This document shows positions 46,536 to 55,949 of a stretch of 64,000 nt of DNA, one piece after another. Origin of the DNA: Candidatus Obscuribacterales bacterium (GTDB lineage: Bacteria; Cyanobacteriota; Vampirovibrionia; Obscuribacterales; Obscuribacteraceae); assembly GCA_965228855.1 (NCBI GenBank), contig CBDDIJ010000005.1, positions 1,504,001 through 1,568,000 of the forward strand, written 5' to 3'. How positions within the stretch are numbered: position 1 is the stretch's first letter; each line of letters starts with the position of its first letter. The notes under the pieces were generated by a model, which saw only the letters and a list, made by a program, of their open reading frames with translations, searched no databases and was not told the origin of the DNA. A program made the position numbers and the translations under genes.

Positions 46536-47616
46536 CTGTGATCATCGCTCCAATCACTTTCGCAGCCTCTTTCTTCGCAAAGACGACATTGCAGTTAGAC
46601 GCACACTCGAAGGAGCAACGACACTTCGAATCGACGATGTACTTCGCAACACTCTTAGCTTTTTCAGTTGCCATGGCCTTTCGCACATCGAAGTCAAAGT
46701 CGGCTAGTGTAGCCATGTTCGAATCGTAGTCAGGCTGCATCTGTCCCAGCACTTCGCATGGTTGCAAAACACCTCGCTCCGTGATTGAAACGAATTTGCG
46801 ACCGGCCAGACATTCCCAAACGTGCTCATCGTTCTTCAAATAACGATAGATTCCGTCTTTTGCAATTTTGTTGATAGCGCTCAGAATCGGATTATGGTTT
46901 CTTCTAATATCACGGTCGTGAACGTGCTCCAGAGCCTTCGCCCACTCATCCGCAGTTACGTCCTTCTCTTCCTGATGCTCGGCATTCCCGCGTGGATAGA
47001 GGAATTGATAGTAGTCGAAATCAGCTTGCTCACGCATGTAATCAAAGAGTTGCGTCACACGTTCCTTATTCGATGCAGTCATGCACGTAGCAAGATCCAG
47101 ATTGAACAAGGGATCTTTTGCGCGAATCTCAGACAGAGCCTTGAGAGTATCGCAGGCGTGTTGAAAAATACCAGGCACTTTTCGATAGGCATCGTGCTCT
47201 TCTTGGAAATCGTCGAATGAAATCTGAATCTTCAACTTCAGACGAGGACAGTGTTTCCGGATGTAATCATAGCCCTTCAAAATGAAGTCTGTGTAGAATC
47301 CATTGGTGACTATGTTGCAGTACAGGATACCGGAGTGGGTATAAAATTTCTCGACAATCTGCGGCAAATCCTTCCGGAGAAACGGTTCGCCACCTCCGAT
47401 CGACAGATAAATCAAGTTCATGCTCTTCGCCATTTTCTCGATTTCGTCGAGTTTTAATTCCTTCTTTGCGTTCGCTGATGCGATTTCTTCCCAATAGAAG
47501 CAGTGTTTGCAGCGGGCATTGCAGACCGCCGTGCAGAAGAAGATGAGGTACGATGGGTCGGGAGAAAAGTATGAATGGAGAAAATGCATCGCTTCTGTTA
47601 TAGAATTGCGTGCCAT
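46528..47616 (-). CDS. Radical SAM protein with SPASM/twitch domain
   Basis: CNARCKHC, GGGEPFLR, TNG, CLAG...G.LQPC...CRCSFEC. Confidence 0.92.
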   Translation of the reverse strand: MARNSITEAMHFLHSYFSPDPSYLIFFCTAVCNARCKHCFYWEEIASANAKKELKLDEIEKMAKSMNLIYLSIGGGEPFLRKDLPQIVEKFYTHSGILYCNIVTNGFYTDFILKGYDYIRKHCPRLKLKIQISFDDFQEEHDAYRKVPGIFQHACDTLKALSEIRAKDPLFNLDLATCMTASNKERVTQLFDYMREQADFDYYQFLYPRGNAEHQEEKDVTADEWAKALEHVHDRDIRRNHNPILSAINKIAKDGIYRYLKNDEHVWECLAGRKFVSITERGVLQPCEVLGQMQPDYDSNMATLADFDFDVRKAMATEKAKSVAKYIVDSKCRCSFECASNCNVVFAKKEAAKVIGAMITGG

Positions 47617-47696
47617 GTTTTCGTCCTCGGATAGTAAGTTTAGACAGACTCTAATAAGTCATTATAGACATATATGCCCGGACTCCAGGTAATAAA

Positions 47697-48902
47697 GTGA
47701 CAGAATCACATTCCGCCGTACAATCTGAAACAACTTCAGCAAAACCGCTTCTGTCGGTCGTAATGCCCTGCCTCAACGAAGAAGAGGCTCTTCCGATCTG
47801 TATTGAGAAGTTGAAGACGGTTTTCGAGCGCGAAAAAATAAACGCCGAGATTGTAGTTTCTGATAATGGTTCCACCGATAGATCCGTCGAAATCGCGCAA
47901 AGTATGGGCGTCCACCTCGTGCATCAGCCAATGCGTGGCTATGGAAACGCCTACTTGAAAGGCTTCGAAGAGGCTCTTGGCGATTACCTGATCATGGTGG
48001 ACGCCGACGATACCTACGACTTCAACTTAATACCGAAGTTTTTGGAAGAGCTTATTGATAAGAAAAAAGAATTTGTAACCGGCAGCCGTTACCTTGAAGG
48101 CGGGCATGGGCACATAAAATTCCTTCATCGCATAATCGGCAATCCGCTGCTCACAGCTATACTAAATTTCTTTTTCGATACTAAGTATACCGACGTCTAC
48201 TGCGGCTATCGAGGATTCAGCCGGGAGACATATGAACTGATCAAGCCTGTCAGCCCGGGGATGGAATTCAACCTGGAGTTGGCTATCAACGCCAAGCTTG
48301 CAAACATTTCCATCTCAGAAATTCCTATTGTTCTCGCGCCTCGCATCGGCGACTCCAAGTTGCACACCTTGCGAGATGGCTGGCGCAGCCTGCGGTTCAT
48401 GATCCTCTATTCGCCAAACCACATCTTCCTCGTTCCCGGCATCACGATGCTCGCCCTTGGCGCAATCGCGCATGTAGTGACTCTACTGGGGGTTTTGAAC
48501 GTCGGCGATGCACAACTCCAGTCCGAACTTGCCGTCCTTGGCACCATATTTAGTGTCCTGGGAGTTGAAGTCGTGAGCTTATGGCTACACGCAAAAACGT
48601 ACTCCTGGAGCCGTCGCTTCGATAAAGAAAACGAATTTCTCCTCAACTTTTACGGGCTGTTTAATCTTGAAATGGGATTGATCATGGGCGTGGCCATGAC
48701 GCTCGCTGGCTGGATCATCATCGGGATCACGCTAGCAGCTTACATGCACCACGAAGTCGCCTTCGGAGGTAATCCTGCCTGGGTTCCATTCTCAGCTACA
48801 TTAATCATGGTGGGAGCCATGACCTGCTTCTCATCGCTGTTCATCAGTGCAATGTCGATTACTCGCTCGATTGAACCACGCTCGATATTGCCCAAGAAAT
48901 AG
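47697..48902 (+). CDS. GT2 polyprenol-phosphate glycosyl synthase-like protein with C-terminal TM domain
   Basis: LSVVMPCLNE, DNGSTD, RGYGNA, VDADDTYD, GSR, DVYCGYRGF, GMEF, RIGDSKL..LRDGWR. Confidence 0.9.
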   Translation: MTESHSAVQSETTSAKPLLSVVMPCLNEEEALPICIEKLKTVFEREKINAEIVVSDNGSTDRSVEIAQSMGVHLVHQPMRGYGNAYLKGFEEALGDYLIMVDADDTYDFNLIPKFLEELIDKKKEFVTGSRYLEGGHGHIKFLHRIIGNPLLTAILNFFFDTKYTDVYCGYRGFSRETYELIKPVSPGMEFNLELAINAKLANISISEIPIVLAPRIGDSKLHTLRDGWRSLRFMILYSPNHIFLVPGITMLALGAIAHVVTLLGVLNVGDAQLQSELAVLGTIFSVLGVEVVSLWLHAKTYSWSRRFDKENEFLLNFYGLFNLEMGLIMGVAMTLAGWIIIGITLAAYMHHEVAFGGNPAWVPFSATLIMVGAMTCFSSLFISAMSITRSIEPRSILPKK

Positions 48903-48903
48903 A

Positions 48904-50577
48904 CTACTGCTTCTTTTCGGGAATCAAATAAATTAGCCCTTTGGTGCCCGGAATGCGGGTCCATCCAGGTCCTGGCTCCGCAATCTCGCGATCCACAGCC
49001 CAGGTTTGAACAATCGCTTTGACATTATGCTGGCGTAAAACTTCGATCAACTGCTGTCTGCGATCCGGCGAGAGCTGCCAAAAGCCGTCAATGTCGAAGA
49101 TATCCGCGATGATTCGCACTCGCGCAAGGCGAGCCCAGAAGTACCGTCGAAAGCCGAGCTGAGCAATTTTGTCACCAGGTTTCAGACCCGCCTCACGTAT
49201 CGCACGAGCAATTGGTTCGTCTAACTTAGCAGGAAATAGGTCAAACATTTTCTTGTGCATCCAAAGTCCCATCAGTAAAATGCACACGGACAAAGAGCAT
49301 ACGGTTCCACAAAAGATCCGCGCGGCGACGCCACCGCTTTTGGTGCCGGGAGGGCGAACGGCCGCTATGGCACCTGAATAGATTAGAACTATCCAGGCTA
49401 CGAAATACCGCTCCATGAAGTGTCCCCAGAGATTTACAGTCACGGCATATATCCCGACGGCGACCAGCCCGGGAAGAGCGATAGGCATTGCATCAGCGAA
49501 ACCGGCACGCGTGAATATGGAACGACGGAGCCAGAGAGAAGACAATACGTAGGCGACGAGCAACACGCCAAAAATTTCCAGAGCAAAATACCTTATGTTC
49601 TTAATCGCAAAGTCTAATGCTCGCCCTGCTACATCGTGACCAGGAGCGCCTTCCGTCCAGTACGCCGGATTGTACCAGGGTGGATAAGTGCCACCAATAG
49701 CGGCATCATCGAATTCGTAGACATCAGGCTTCTCAAAAATTTTATTGGATTTATGCTTGAGCTCTGGAAACTGAAAATGAACCTGCTGATCGTTTTGATT
49801 GTTTGAATAGAGAGACAACGTTCTCGTAGAATCGCTAATGGTCGGATGTCCGAAGGAAATTGAAATGGCAGCGATGAATGGACCAGCGATGCACAGCTGC
49901 ACCGCGGCAGCGAACACTAAACCCTTCCACCAGTTTCGTTCATTACGAACCGACCACCATGCCAGAAGGTAATAGAATAAACTGACCGGCAGAAGAACCG
50001 CTTTCGCAAGGTATCCGCATCCCAACGTCGCTCCCATAATCGCAAAATTTCGATTGCGTTTTTCACCCATCTGTATCTTCAGAAGTGCATTGCTGGAAAG
50101 CATCACAAACGTCGCGACCAACATGTCCGGAGTGTCTTTGTCACAGCCCCCAAGCATGAGCGCGGAGACAGCAATCACCGAGTACATATATATCCAGAAC
50201 GTCGGCTTCGTTAGCCACCTCTGATCTAGAGCCGCAATTCGACGCCACAGCGTTGAGGAGAAACAGACTGACACAACAACGAAACAGCCCAAAACGAAAA
50301 GATTTGTCAATCGAACTGCCAGCATCTCGTGATCAATATCCGGCTTAAAAACAGCCAGAACGCCGCCAAGTAACCAGGAGTACATAGGCGACCAGTAATG
50401 GTTTATCGCATGCTGAAAATCGCCGCGCCAATATGCGTCACCGACATCCAGGTACGAAATCAAATCGATGCTGTGCGATATGTGCCGCCATTCCACCACT
50501 TGAAATATCGCATAAGCCAGGATAAATAGAAGGCACCCGGAATGAACGGCTAAAAGTTTTGTCTTTTCACTAACCAC
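48904..50577 (-). CDS. Multi-TM putative GT-C glycosyltransferase (paralogue C)
   Basis: IDLISYLD, YWSPMYS, TPDM, GCGYLAKA, GTYPPWYNPAYW; GTG start at 50577 overlaps the HTTM stop. Confidence 0.65.
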   Translation of the reverse strand: MVSEKTKLLAVHSGCLLFILAYAIFQVVEWRHISHSIDLISYLDVGDAYWRGDFQHAINHYWSPMYSWLLGGVLAVFKPDIDHEMLAVRLTNLFVLGCFVVVSVCFSSTLWRRIAALDQRWLTKPTFWIYMYSVIAVSALMLGGCDKDTPDMLVATFVMLSSNALLKIQMGEKRNRNFAIMGATLGCGYLAKAVLLPVSLFYYLLAWWSVRNERNWWKGLVFAAAVQLCIAGPFIAAISISFGHPTISDSTRTLSLYSNNQNDQQVHFQFPELKHKSNKIFEKPDVYEFDDAAIGGTYPPWYNPAYWTEGAPGHDVAGRALDFAIKNIRYFALEIFGVLLVAYVLSSLWLRRSIFTRAGFADAMPIALPGLVAVGIYAVTVNLWGHFMERYFVAWIVLIYSGAIAAVRPPGTKSGGVAARIFCGTVCSLSVCILLMGLWMHKKMFDLFPAKLDEPIARAIREAGLKPGDKIAQLGFRRYFWARLARVRIIADIFDIDGFWQLSPDRRQQLIEVLRQHNVKAIVQTWAVDREIAEPGPGWTRIPGTKGLIYLIPEKKQ

Positions 50578-51526
50578 TGACTGTGCCCTTCGAGCCACCA
50601 CTTGCGGTGCCACTACGACAAGTCCGAATCCCTGCAACTATTGCACGTTCCACTTTACGAACATCTTTTGGGTCGATAAAACACACCAGCGTGGAGATGA
50701 CGAACGGCTGGAATAACGGAATGTTCAACGTAAAATGCATGCCCAGGTGAAATACAAATGCAGATGCAAGGAGCGCATATCTAATTGGTTTAAACCAGAG
50801 CAGAAGCGCCCAGGCGGTTTCCAGGATCAACGTCATATAGGAAAAAACTTTGGACATCCACGGCTCGAAGAAGAACGGCGGCAGCGGAAACAACTGAAAG
50901 TTTTTCTGCCGAAAGACGTAATAGAGCGCAAGCCCTTCTTGCCAGATCGGTCGCATTATTTTTACCGCTGCTGCCGATGCATAAAGCAAAAACAATTGCA
51001 CCCGAATGAGGTATTCAAACACTGGCAGCGACCATGTTCTGTAAAACTCGCCACGCCGTTTTGCCAGCCAGTAATCGATCGAATATCTGCCACCACATCG
51101 TGAAAAGAGAAGAATTGACAAAGTAGTTATCTGATAGCAATCCGCTCCGGTGACAACCATCAAATTGCGGAAACTAAGACTGGAAGCGGTTGTAATCAGC
51201 ACAAGCAGGCTGAGGTTGGTTTTAAAACCGACCATAACAAATATCGCTGCGAGGAGATGAAGAACAGGAATTGCGGTTGCAAGCAACTCGATCATGGATG
51301 GATCGTTAGTCAGATTGAACAGACAGAGATGCGCTCCCGGCCATACTTCCCTTGCAGTAGCAGCTGCCACCATGGGATTTACAGAACCGTACATCGAAGG
51401 CGCATCTCGCAATACATGCAGTGCTTTCAGGATTGAAACAAATCCAACCATAATTCGGCACACCGAGATGCTGGCGGTATCCCGCGGGGTGAGCCAGAAC
51501 TTGTAGATTGGCTTGAGAAAACTCAT
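50570..51526 (-). CDS. HTTM domain protein (SdpB / vitamin-K-dependent carboxylase-like)
   Basis: R..VG, GFKT, FRN..V.TGAD, YSID, IRVQLFLLY..A...K....W..G.AL, LE, FHLGM. Confidence 0.85.
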   Translation of the reverse strand: MSFLKPIYKFWLTPRDTASISVCRIMVGFVSILKALHVLRDAPSMYGSVNPMVAAATAREVWPGAHLCLFNLTNDPSMIELLATAIPVLHLLAAIFVMVGFKTNLSLLVLITTASSLSFRNLMVVTGADCYQITTLSILLFSRCGGRYSIDYWLAKRRGEFYRTWSLPVFEYLIRVQLFLLYASAAAVKIMRPIWQEGLALYYVFRQKNFQLFPLPPFFFEPWMSKVFSYMTLILETAWALLLWFKPIRYALLASAFVFHLGMHFTLNIPLFQPFVISTLVCFIDPKDVRKVERAIVAGIRTCRSGTASGGSKGTVSG

Positions 51527-52098
51527 TTGCGCTCCTCCGCTCCCGAAGGAACTCTACCCTCGCCTGTTTTCGCGTCGAGCTCAAACAACACAACTCGACC
51601 CACAATCGCAGGTTTTTGCGTCTCTCCGGGCGGAGGAATTGACTCATCGGTCTTGTAGACATCAACAGCAACGACTGCGTCGTCAGGCTTCGCAAGCGCC
51701 TTTGCCGCATATTTTGCAGCGTCTCGCAGAAGGCGAGGATCGGTTTCGAAACCGTGGTCGCCGATGTTTTCATCGAGCCAGTTTCGCATGATCGCCTCGT
51801 GCCCCTTGTCCCAAATCGGCGTGTGCTCGAGGTCTACCGGCGACCACTCCACAGTTTTACCTGAGTCGAATTTGGTCAGAAACGTGATGCGAGTATTAAC
51901 TGCACGCGGTTTAGAAAATAAACCGAAAGTCCATCGCACATCAAGAAGATTCTTAGCCAGAGCGTCGTAAACAATCGCATGCGGTCCTTCGACTCGCAAT
52001 GGCTCATTTGCAAAGAGCACCGTCAGTAGCACCACATGAATGGCTACGATCTGACAAGATCGTTTGATTTCCTTGAATTTCCTGTTCGAATTTTTCAT
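51523..52098 (-). CDS. HTTM partner protein (SdpA/DUF5819-like)
   Basis: One TM with a His, W.FGLFSKP motif; 4-bp overlap with the HTTM gene. Confidence 0.55.
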   Translation of the reverse strand: MKNSNRKFKEIKRSCQIVAIHVVLLTVLFANEPLRVEGPHAIVYDALAKNLLDVRWTFGLFSKPRAVNTRITFLTKFDSGKTVEWSPVDLEHTPIWDKGHEAIMRNWLDENIGDHGFETDPRLLRDAAKYAAKALAKPDDAVVAVDVYKTDESIPPPGETQKPAIVGRVVLFELDAKTGEGRVPSGAEERK

Positions 52099-52208
52099 TC
52101 TCGCACCGCAAACCATAATACCAGATTGGTTTACGAGCCTTGCGAAAAGAATTGGCTCCCGCTTGCGCAGAAGCCAATTCAAAGCTGTCCGTGTCCTGAT
52201 AAAACTGT

Positions 52209-52817
52209 TTAGAACCGGTTGAGCACCCGACCGAGCAACGACGAAACGCCGTTACCGTAGCCGTAGCCATTTAACCCGAGATTATTGAGCCCTACGCCGC
52301 CAAGGCCGAGATTGCCGTTGCCGTTTAGGTATCCATTACCGACACCGCTTACAGCATCACTGTAACCGTTGTTGTAGCCGGCATTGTAAGAGACGTTGTT
52401 GTTCAAACCGTTGCCATAGATGCCGTTATTAAGCCCAGAGAGCCCATACGGATTACTGACATTGTTGAGATAGGCACCATTCACAGCAGCGTTACCGTAC
52501 GGAATCCCAGCCGCAGCCATCTGCTGCTGACGAATTTGCCGCGCCACTTTTCGTTGCTGCTTGATCTGACGCTTCACGGCTTTATTGTTGTTGTAGTATT
52601 GATTGCCGAAAGTATTCGCGAGAACGCCGGTGTTATAGCCGTTGTTGTAGCGCCCGTTGTTGTAACCATACTGCGAAGACGCATTGTTCCATCGCCCGCC
52701 GTGATGCCCATTAAAGTTACCGTTGCAAGATTGCGCTTGTGCCGGTTCAAGCGCGCTCATCATTGTCATCCCGGCAAGCATTGTCGCTACGAGACTGAGA
52801 GTAAAAATTCTCTTCAT
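52209..52817 (-). CDS. Secreted Gly/Asn/Tyr-rich protein
   Basis: Signal peptide ending PAQA; GYNNG/YGNG/GLNN repeats; amphipathic C-terminus SSLLGRVLNRF. Confidence 0.8.
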   Translation of the reverse strand: MKRIFTLSLVATMLAGMTMMSALEPAQAQSCNGNFNGHHGGRWNNASSQYGYNNGRYNNGYNTGVLANTFGNQYYNNNKAVKRQIKQQRKVARQIRQQQMAAAGIPYGNAAVNGAYLNNVSNPYGLSGLNNGIYGNGLNNNVSYNAGYNNGYSDAVSGVGNGYLNGNGNLGLGGVGLNNLGLNGYGYGNGVSSLLGRVLNRF

Positions 52818-52966
52818 TGTGATAATCTCCACTAGAGAAAAAAGGAAATTAGTGCAAGGCAGAGCCTGCGCAGGACAAGCCTTTCGCCACCGAAGCCAAT
52901 TTCGAGCACACTGAGAGAACTGACGCCGGGACGATTTCGATGTTCCCGCCCCGGATCACAAACTCG

Positions 52967-53488
52967 TCATCTTCTCCGATTGTCAGCCAGCTTCTCTTTC
53001 GAAAACTCGACAATCGGTCTGTATGCAGCCGGCAGGGTACCGTCATCGAAAGTAATTTCGCGAGTCCTGGTGCCATCGTTGACACTGAATTGATAGACGA
53101 ACATGTCCGCAGCGCCTTTCGTGATGCGCTCCTCACCTTTGGTTTCAAGAAGACCGCTATCCTTGATCAACCCCTCGAGCTTTTCACGCTCGTCCGCTTT
53201 CATGTCAGCCAGCTTCACGCTATAGCTTTTGTCCATACCAATAAATCCACCCGACTGATGGAAGGTAAAACTCTCAATCTTATCCATTCGCTTCTCCACA
53301 CGCTTCTCGGTTTTTCGCTCCACACGGTCACCCTTGCGTACCGCCTTGTCTTCAATCTTCTGCTCGCGCTTGCAGCTACCATCAGCCGTGCAGCAATCCT
53401 CACCGGCAAGACCAGGAGCCACAAAAACAATTGAAGATAAACCGCCCGCTACCAACGCAGCCATCAAACTCAAAACAGTTCCGCGCAT
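52967..53488 (-). CDS. Emfourin (protealysin inhibitor)-like protein with signal peptide
   Basis: HQSGGFIG...LEGLIKDSGL...GAADMFVYQFSVNDG.....FDD..LP...RP matches the emfourin pattern (SGGxxG ... ADxFxY). Confidence 0.78.
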   Translation of the reverse strand: MRGTVLSLMAALVAGGLSSIVFVAPGLAGEDCCTADGSCKREQKIEDKAVRKGDRVERKTEKRVEKRMDKIESFTFHQSGGFIGMDKSYSVKLADMKADEREKLEGLIKDSGLLETKGEERITKGAADMFVYQFSVNDGTRTREITFDDGTLPAAYRPIVEFSKEKLADNRRR

Positions 53489-53579
53489 AACTTTCACCCT
53501 CAAGCCTCGCCAAAGTCTACCGCAAAACGGACGCTAAACAGCGACCAATGTTTCAACTATTCGCGTTTCCCCTTATCAG

Positions 53580-54284
53580 CTAATCGGCATGTGCACGAAC
53601 TAATAACGCCTGTTTGCTTTCCTGGCGTTTTGTTAGGCGTTGGACCACGATGATTCCTAAGCCGGCGGCGGCGGCGGACACCAGTTGATCGATGAAGCTT
53701 ACGAAATAAAAGCTCGACAAAATTTGCAGATCAGCCGGATTTGTTTTGGCAACAGCTTTGGCGAGCACGTTGCTGAAAACTCCACCGAAGACGTAAAGCA
53801 CGAAGCACAGCCACCATAGCCATAGAACGGGCGGAACTTTTGACAGCTTCCATTGCTCCTCGTCGAGCGCCTCGGGATTACTCGCTTTCCAAATCTCAGC
53901 CATGATGAAGTAAGGCCACACCAGAGAAACCAGTGGAATGAACCAGGAAAAGATGCAAGCCACCGTTGGATTCTTCACTCCACGCGCGTTCAAGTCCCAC
54001 AGATTCAAATGACACCGCCGCATCCAGACGATAAACAACGCTGCCAAAACTGCCTGCACAACGACGTTTACGAAAACGACGCTCCGCTCCATCGAGTCAA
54101 CCGAATCGCCCTCTGCCTTCGTGACATTTTTCTGCGAAGTTATTTGATCGACGAAATTCAAACCGGTGACATTAACGCCCGCCCGAGCCAACGAACTGAA
54201 GATCATCAGCGCAAACGCTACTACGACCGCTAAGGCGAGACGTGAAGGACTTTTGTATCTCGTATCTTTCACAAACAGCTCCAA
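53580..54284 (-). CDS. DUF4328 membrane protein
   Basis: FIVWMRR.H.NL, SWFIPLVSLVWPY..M.EIWKAS, WLWW. Confidence 0.85.
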   Translation of the reverse strand: MELFVKDTRYKSPSRLALAVVVAFALMIFSSLARAGVNVTGLNFVDQITSQKNVTKAEGDSVDSMERSVVFVNVVVQAVLAALFIVWMRRCHLNLWDLNARGVKNPTVACIFSWFIPLVSLVWPYFIMAEIWKASNPEALDEEQWKLSKVPPVLWLWWLCFVLYVFGGVFSNVLAKAVAKTNPADLQILSSFYFVSFIDQLVSAAAAGLGIIVVQRLTKRQESKQALLVRAHAD

Positions 54285-54314
54285 CTGTTCGACGCCGAAC
54301 GAAGTCCGTTTATC

Positions 54315-55949
54315 TTAGCGCTTAGAGTCGTCGGGCGCATACAGTTGTTGCAAATCTCCATTTCCCGTTACGTAGTCAACTTTCTTGTAGCCTTTGTTTA
54401 TCGAATCCAGCATAGCGTCGGACCAGAAAAAAGGAGGCTTGTTGTTTAAGCTGTCATTCAAATTGATAATCACAACCGGATATTTCTTCTGCGCAAGGTC
54501 TTTCTCCAGGTCTGACAGTGAACGCTTGTCCCTGTCCCAGACCTGCAAAAATGTGGCAACGTCGACGAACAACGGTTTAGCACCACATACGATGGCAATC
54601 GTCGGGTCTTCAACAAATATCGTTTGCTCAGCAACCTTTAGCTGTTTCAAATCCTCGACCGATTTACCCATGCGGTTCGAAAGATTGTACATTATGGGCA
54701 CCTGAGTTCCCAGGATGTAGGTACAAAGCGCGCTTGCCAGGATCATGGTCGTTCCCAGCGACAGCGGATACGCCTCGATAAAAACCACAGTCAGCCAACT
54801 CAGCGAGCAATAGAAGAGCATGCCGTGATTTAAATTTGCATGCACTGTTCCAATCGTATAGACGGTCAGTGCTCCACTGATCACAGCCAGGGAAAACGGC
54901 AGTACCAGCCGCCCTCGGCCTTTGCCATTCATCCACCAGAGCAGTGCCAGCGTCGGGACCATTACGACTTTAGGCCAATCGACACCCAACAGGTGCAGAT
55001 GTTTGTTCAACTCGGCTGAAGAAAAGGGAACGTTGAACGCAAATGTAATATGCTGCAAAAAACCGCCGGCAGTAACTGAATTCACGATCAGAAAAACTGC
55101 CCCGCCAAGCGCGAGCGTCGACAGACCATAAATCACCAACTCCGAATATCGCTTCTTAAAGAGCAGATAAACGCACACCGCCGGCAGTATCACAATCGAA
55201 GAAAGTTTCGCACAAATCGCAGCGACACTTATAACGATGCCCGGCAAGAGTTTTACCACGATCGCGGGCACGGCATCGACATTCGCCGTCTGTTTTTTAG
55301 AGACTTTATCTTCGAAGTTTCCCTCGGCTGAATCAAATTGGTAATTGAGCGCATCCGGATTTGTCGGGTCAAACGCCTGCAAATCAACGCTTGAGCTGGT
55401 GGCGTTTAAATAAAAATTGGGATCCTTCTCTTGCGCCCGACCGGTAGCCATTCCCTTTTCCACGGCGCGCACTACAAAGTACATCGCCGCAATAGACAAT
55501 GCCAGGGCAAGCATATCCACGCGAGCCTTGAGCGAACCAGACCAGATCGAAACGTAACTGGCAAACAAGAGCAGACCAATCGAGATTCGCAAGCGATCCC
55601 GAGTGTACAGGCCGAGTAGTTTGTAAAAGAAAAACAGAGCGCCGACGTCAGACACCATGCTGATGAGCCGAAGACCGGCAAAGTTGTACCCGTACATTTG
55701 AAACGGCGCGCCAATGACGAAATAGAGCGGAGTATAAATCGTCACCGCCCACGGTGCCTGCAACAGGCGCAGCGGGTCGTAAATGTTGTGCCCCTTCGCC
55801 AGCTCCATCGCAGCCCAGAGAGCCGGTCCTTCATACTCGAGAGCCAGCGGCGACAAGAGCGCAATGAACCAACTGATTAAATAGACCCCCAGAAGCCCGA
55901 CGGCGGTCAAGATCGTGAGCGCCCAGACTAGCTTCCGTGCGTAGGTCAG
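54315..55949 (-). CDS. Multi-TM putative GT-C (ArnT/PMT-like) glycosyltransferase
   Basis: [25 protein letters not shown] motifs. Probable start is CTG at 55949 with SD GAGGAG; the ORF track start is 55910. Confidence 0.7.
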   Translation of the reverse strand: MTYARKLVWALTILTAVGLLGVYLISWFIALLSPLALEYEGPALWAAMELAKGHNIYDPLRLLQAPWAVTIYTPLYFVIGAPFQMYGYNFAGLRLISMVSDVGALFFFYKLLGLYTRDRLRISIGLLLFASYVSIWSGSLKARVDMLALALSIAAMYFVVRAVEKGMATGRAQEKDPNFYLNATSSSVDLQAFDPTNPDALNYQFDSAEGNFEDKVSKKQTANVDAVPAIVVKLLPGIVISVAAICAKLSSIVILPAVCVYLLFKKRYSELVIYGLSTLALGGAVFLIVNSVTAGGFLQHITFAFNVPFSSAELNKHLHLLGVDWPKVVMVPTLALLWWMNGKGRGRLVLPFSLAVISGALTVYTIGTVHANLNHGMLFYCSLSWLTVVFIEAYPLSLGTTMILASALCTYILGTQVPIMYNLSNRMGKSVEDLKQLKVAEQTIFVEDPTIAIVCGAKPLFVDVATFLQVWDRDKRSLSDLEKDLAQKKYPVVIINLNDSLNNKPPFFWSDAMLDSINKGYKKVDYVTGNGDLQQLYAPDDSKR

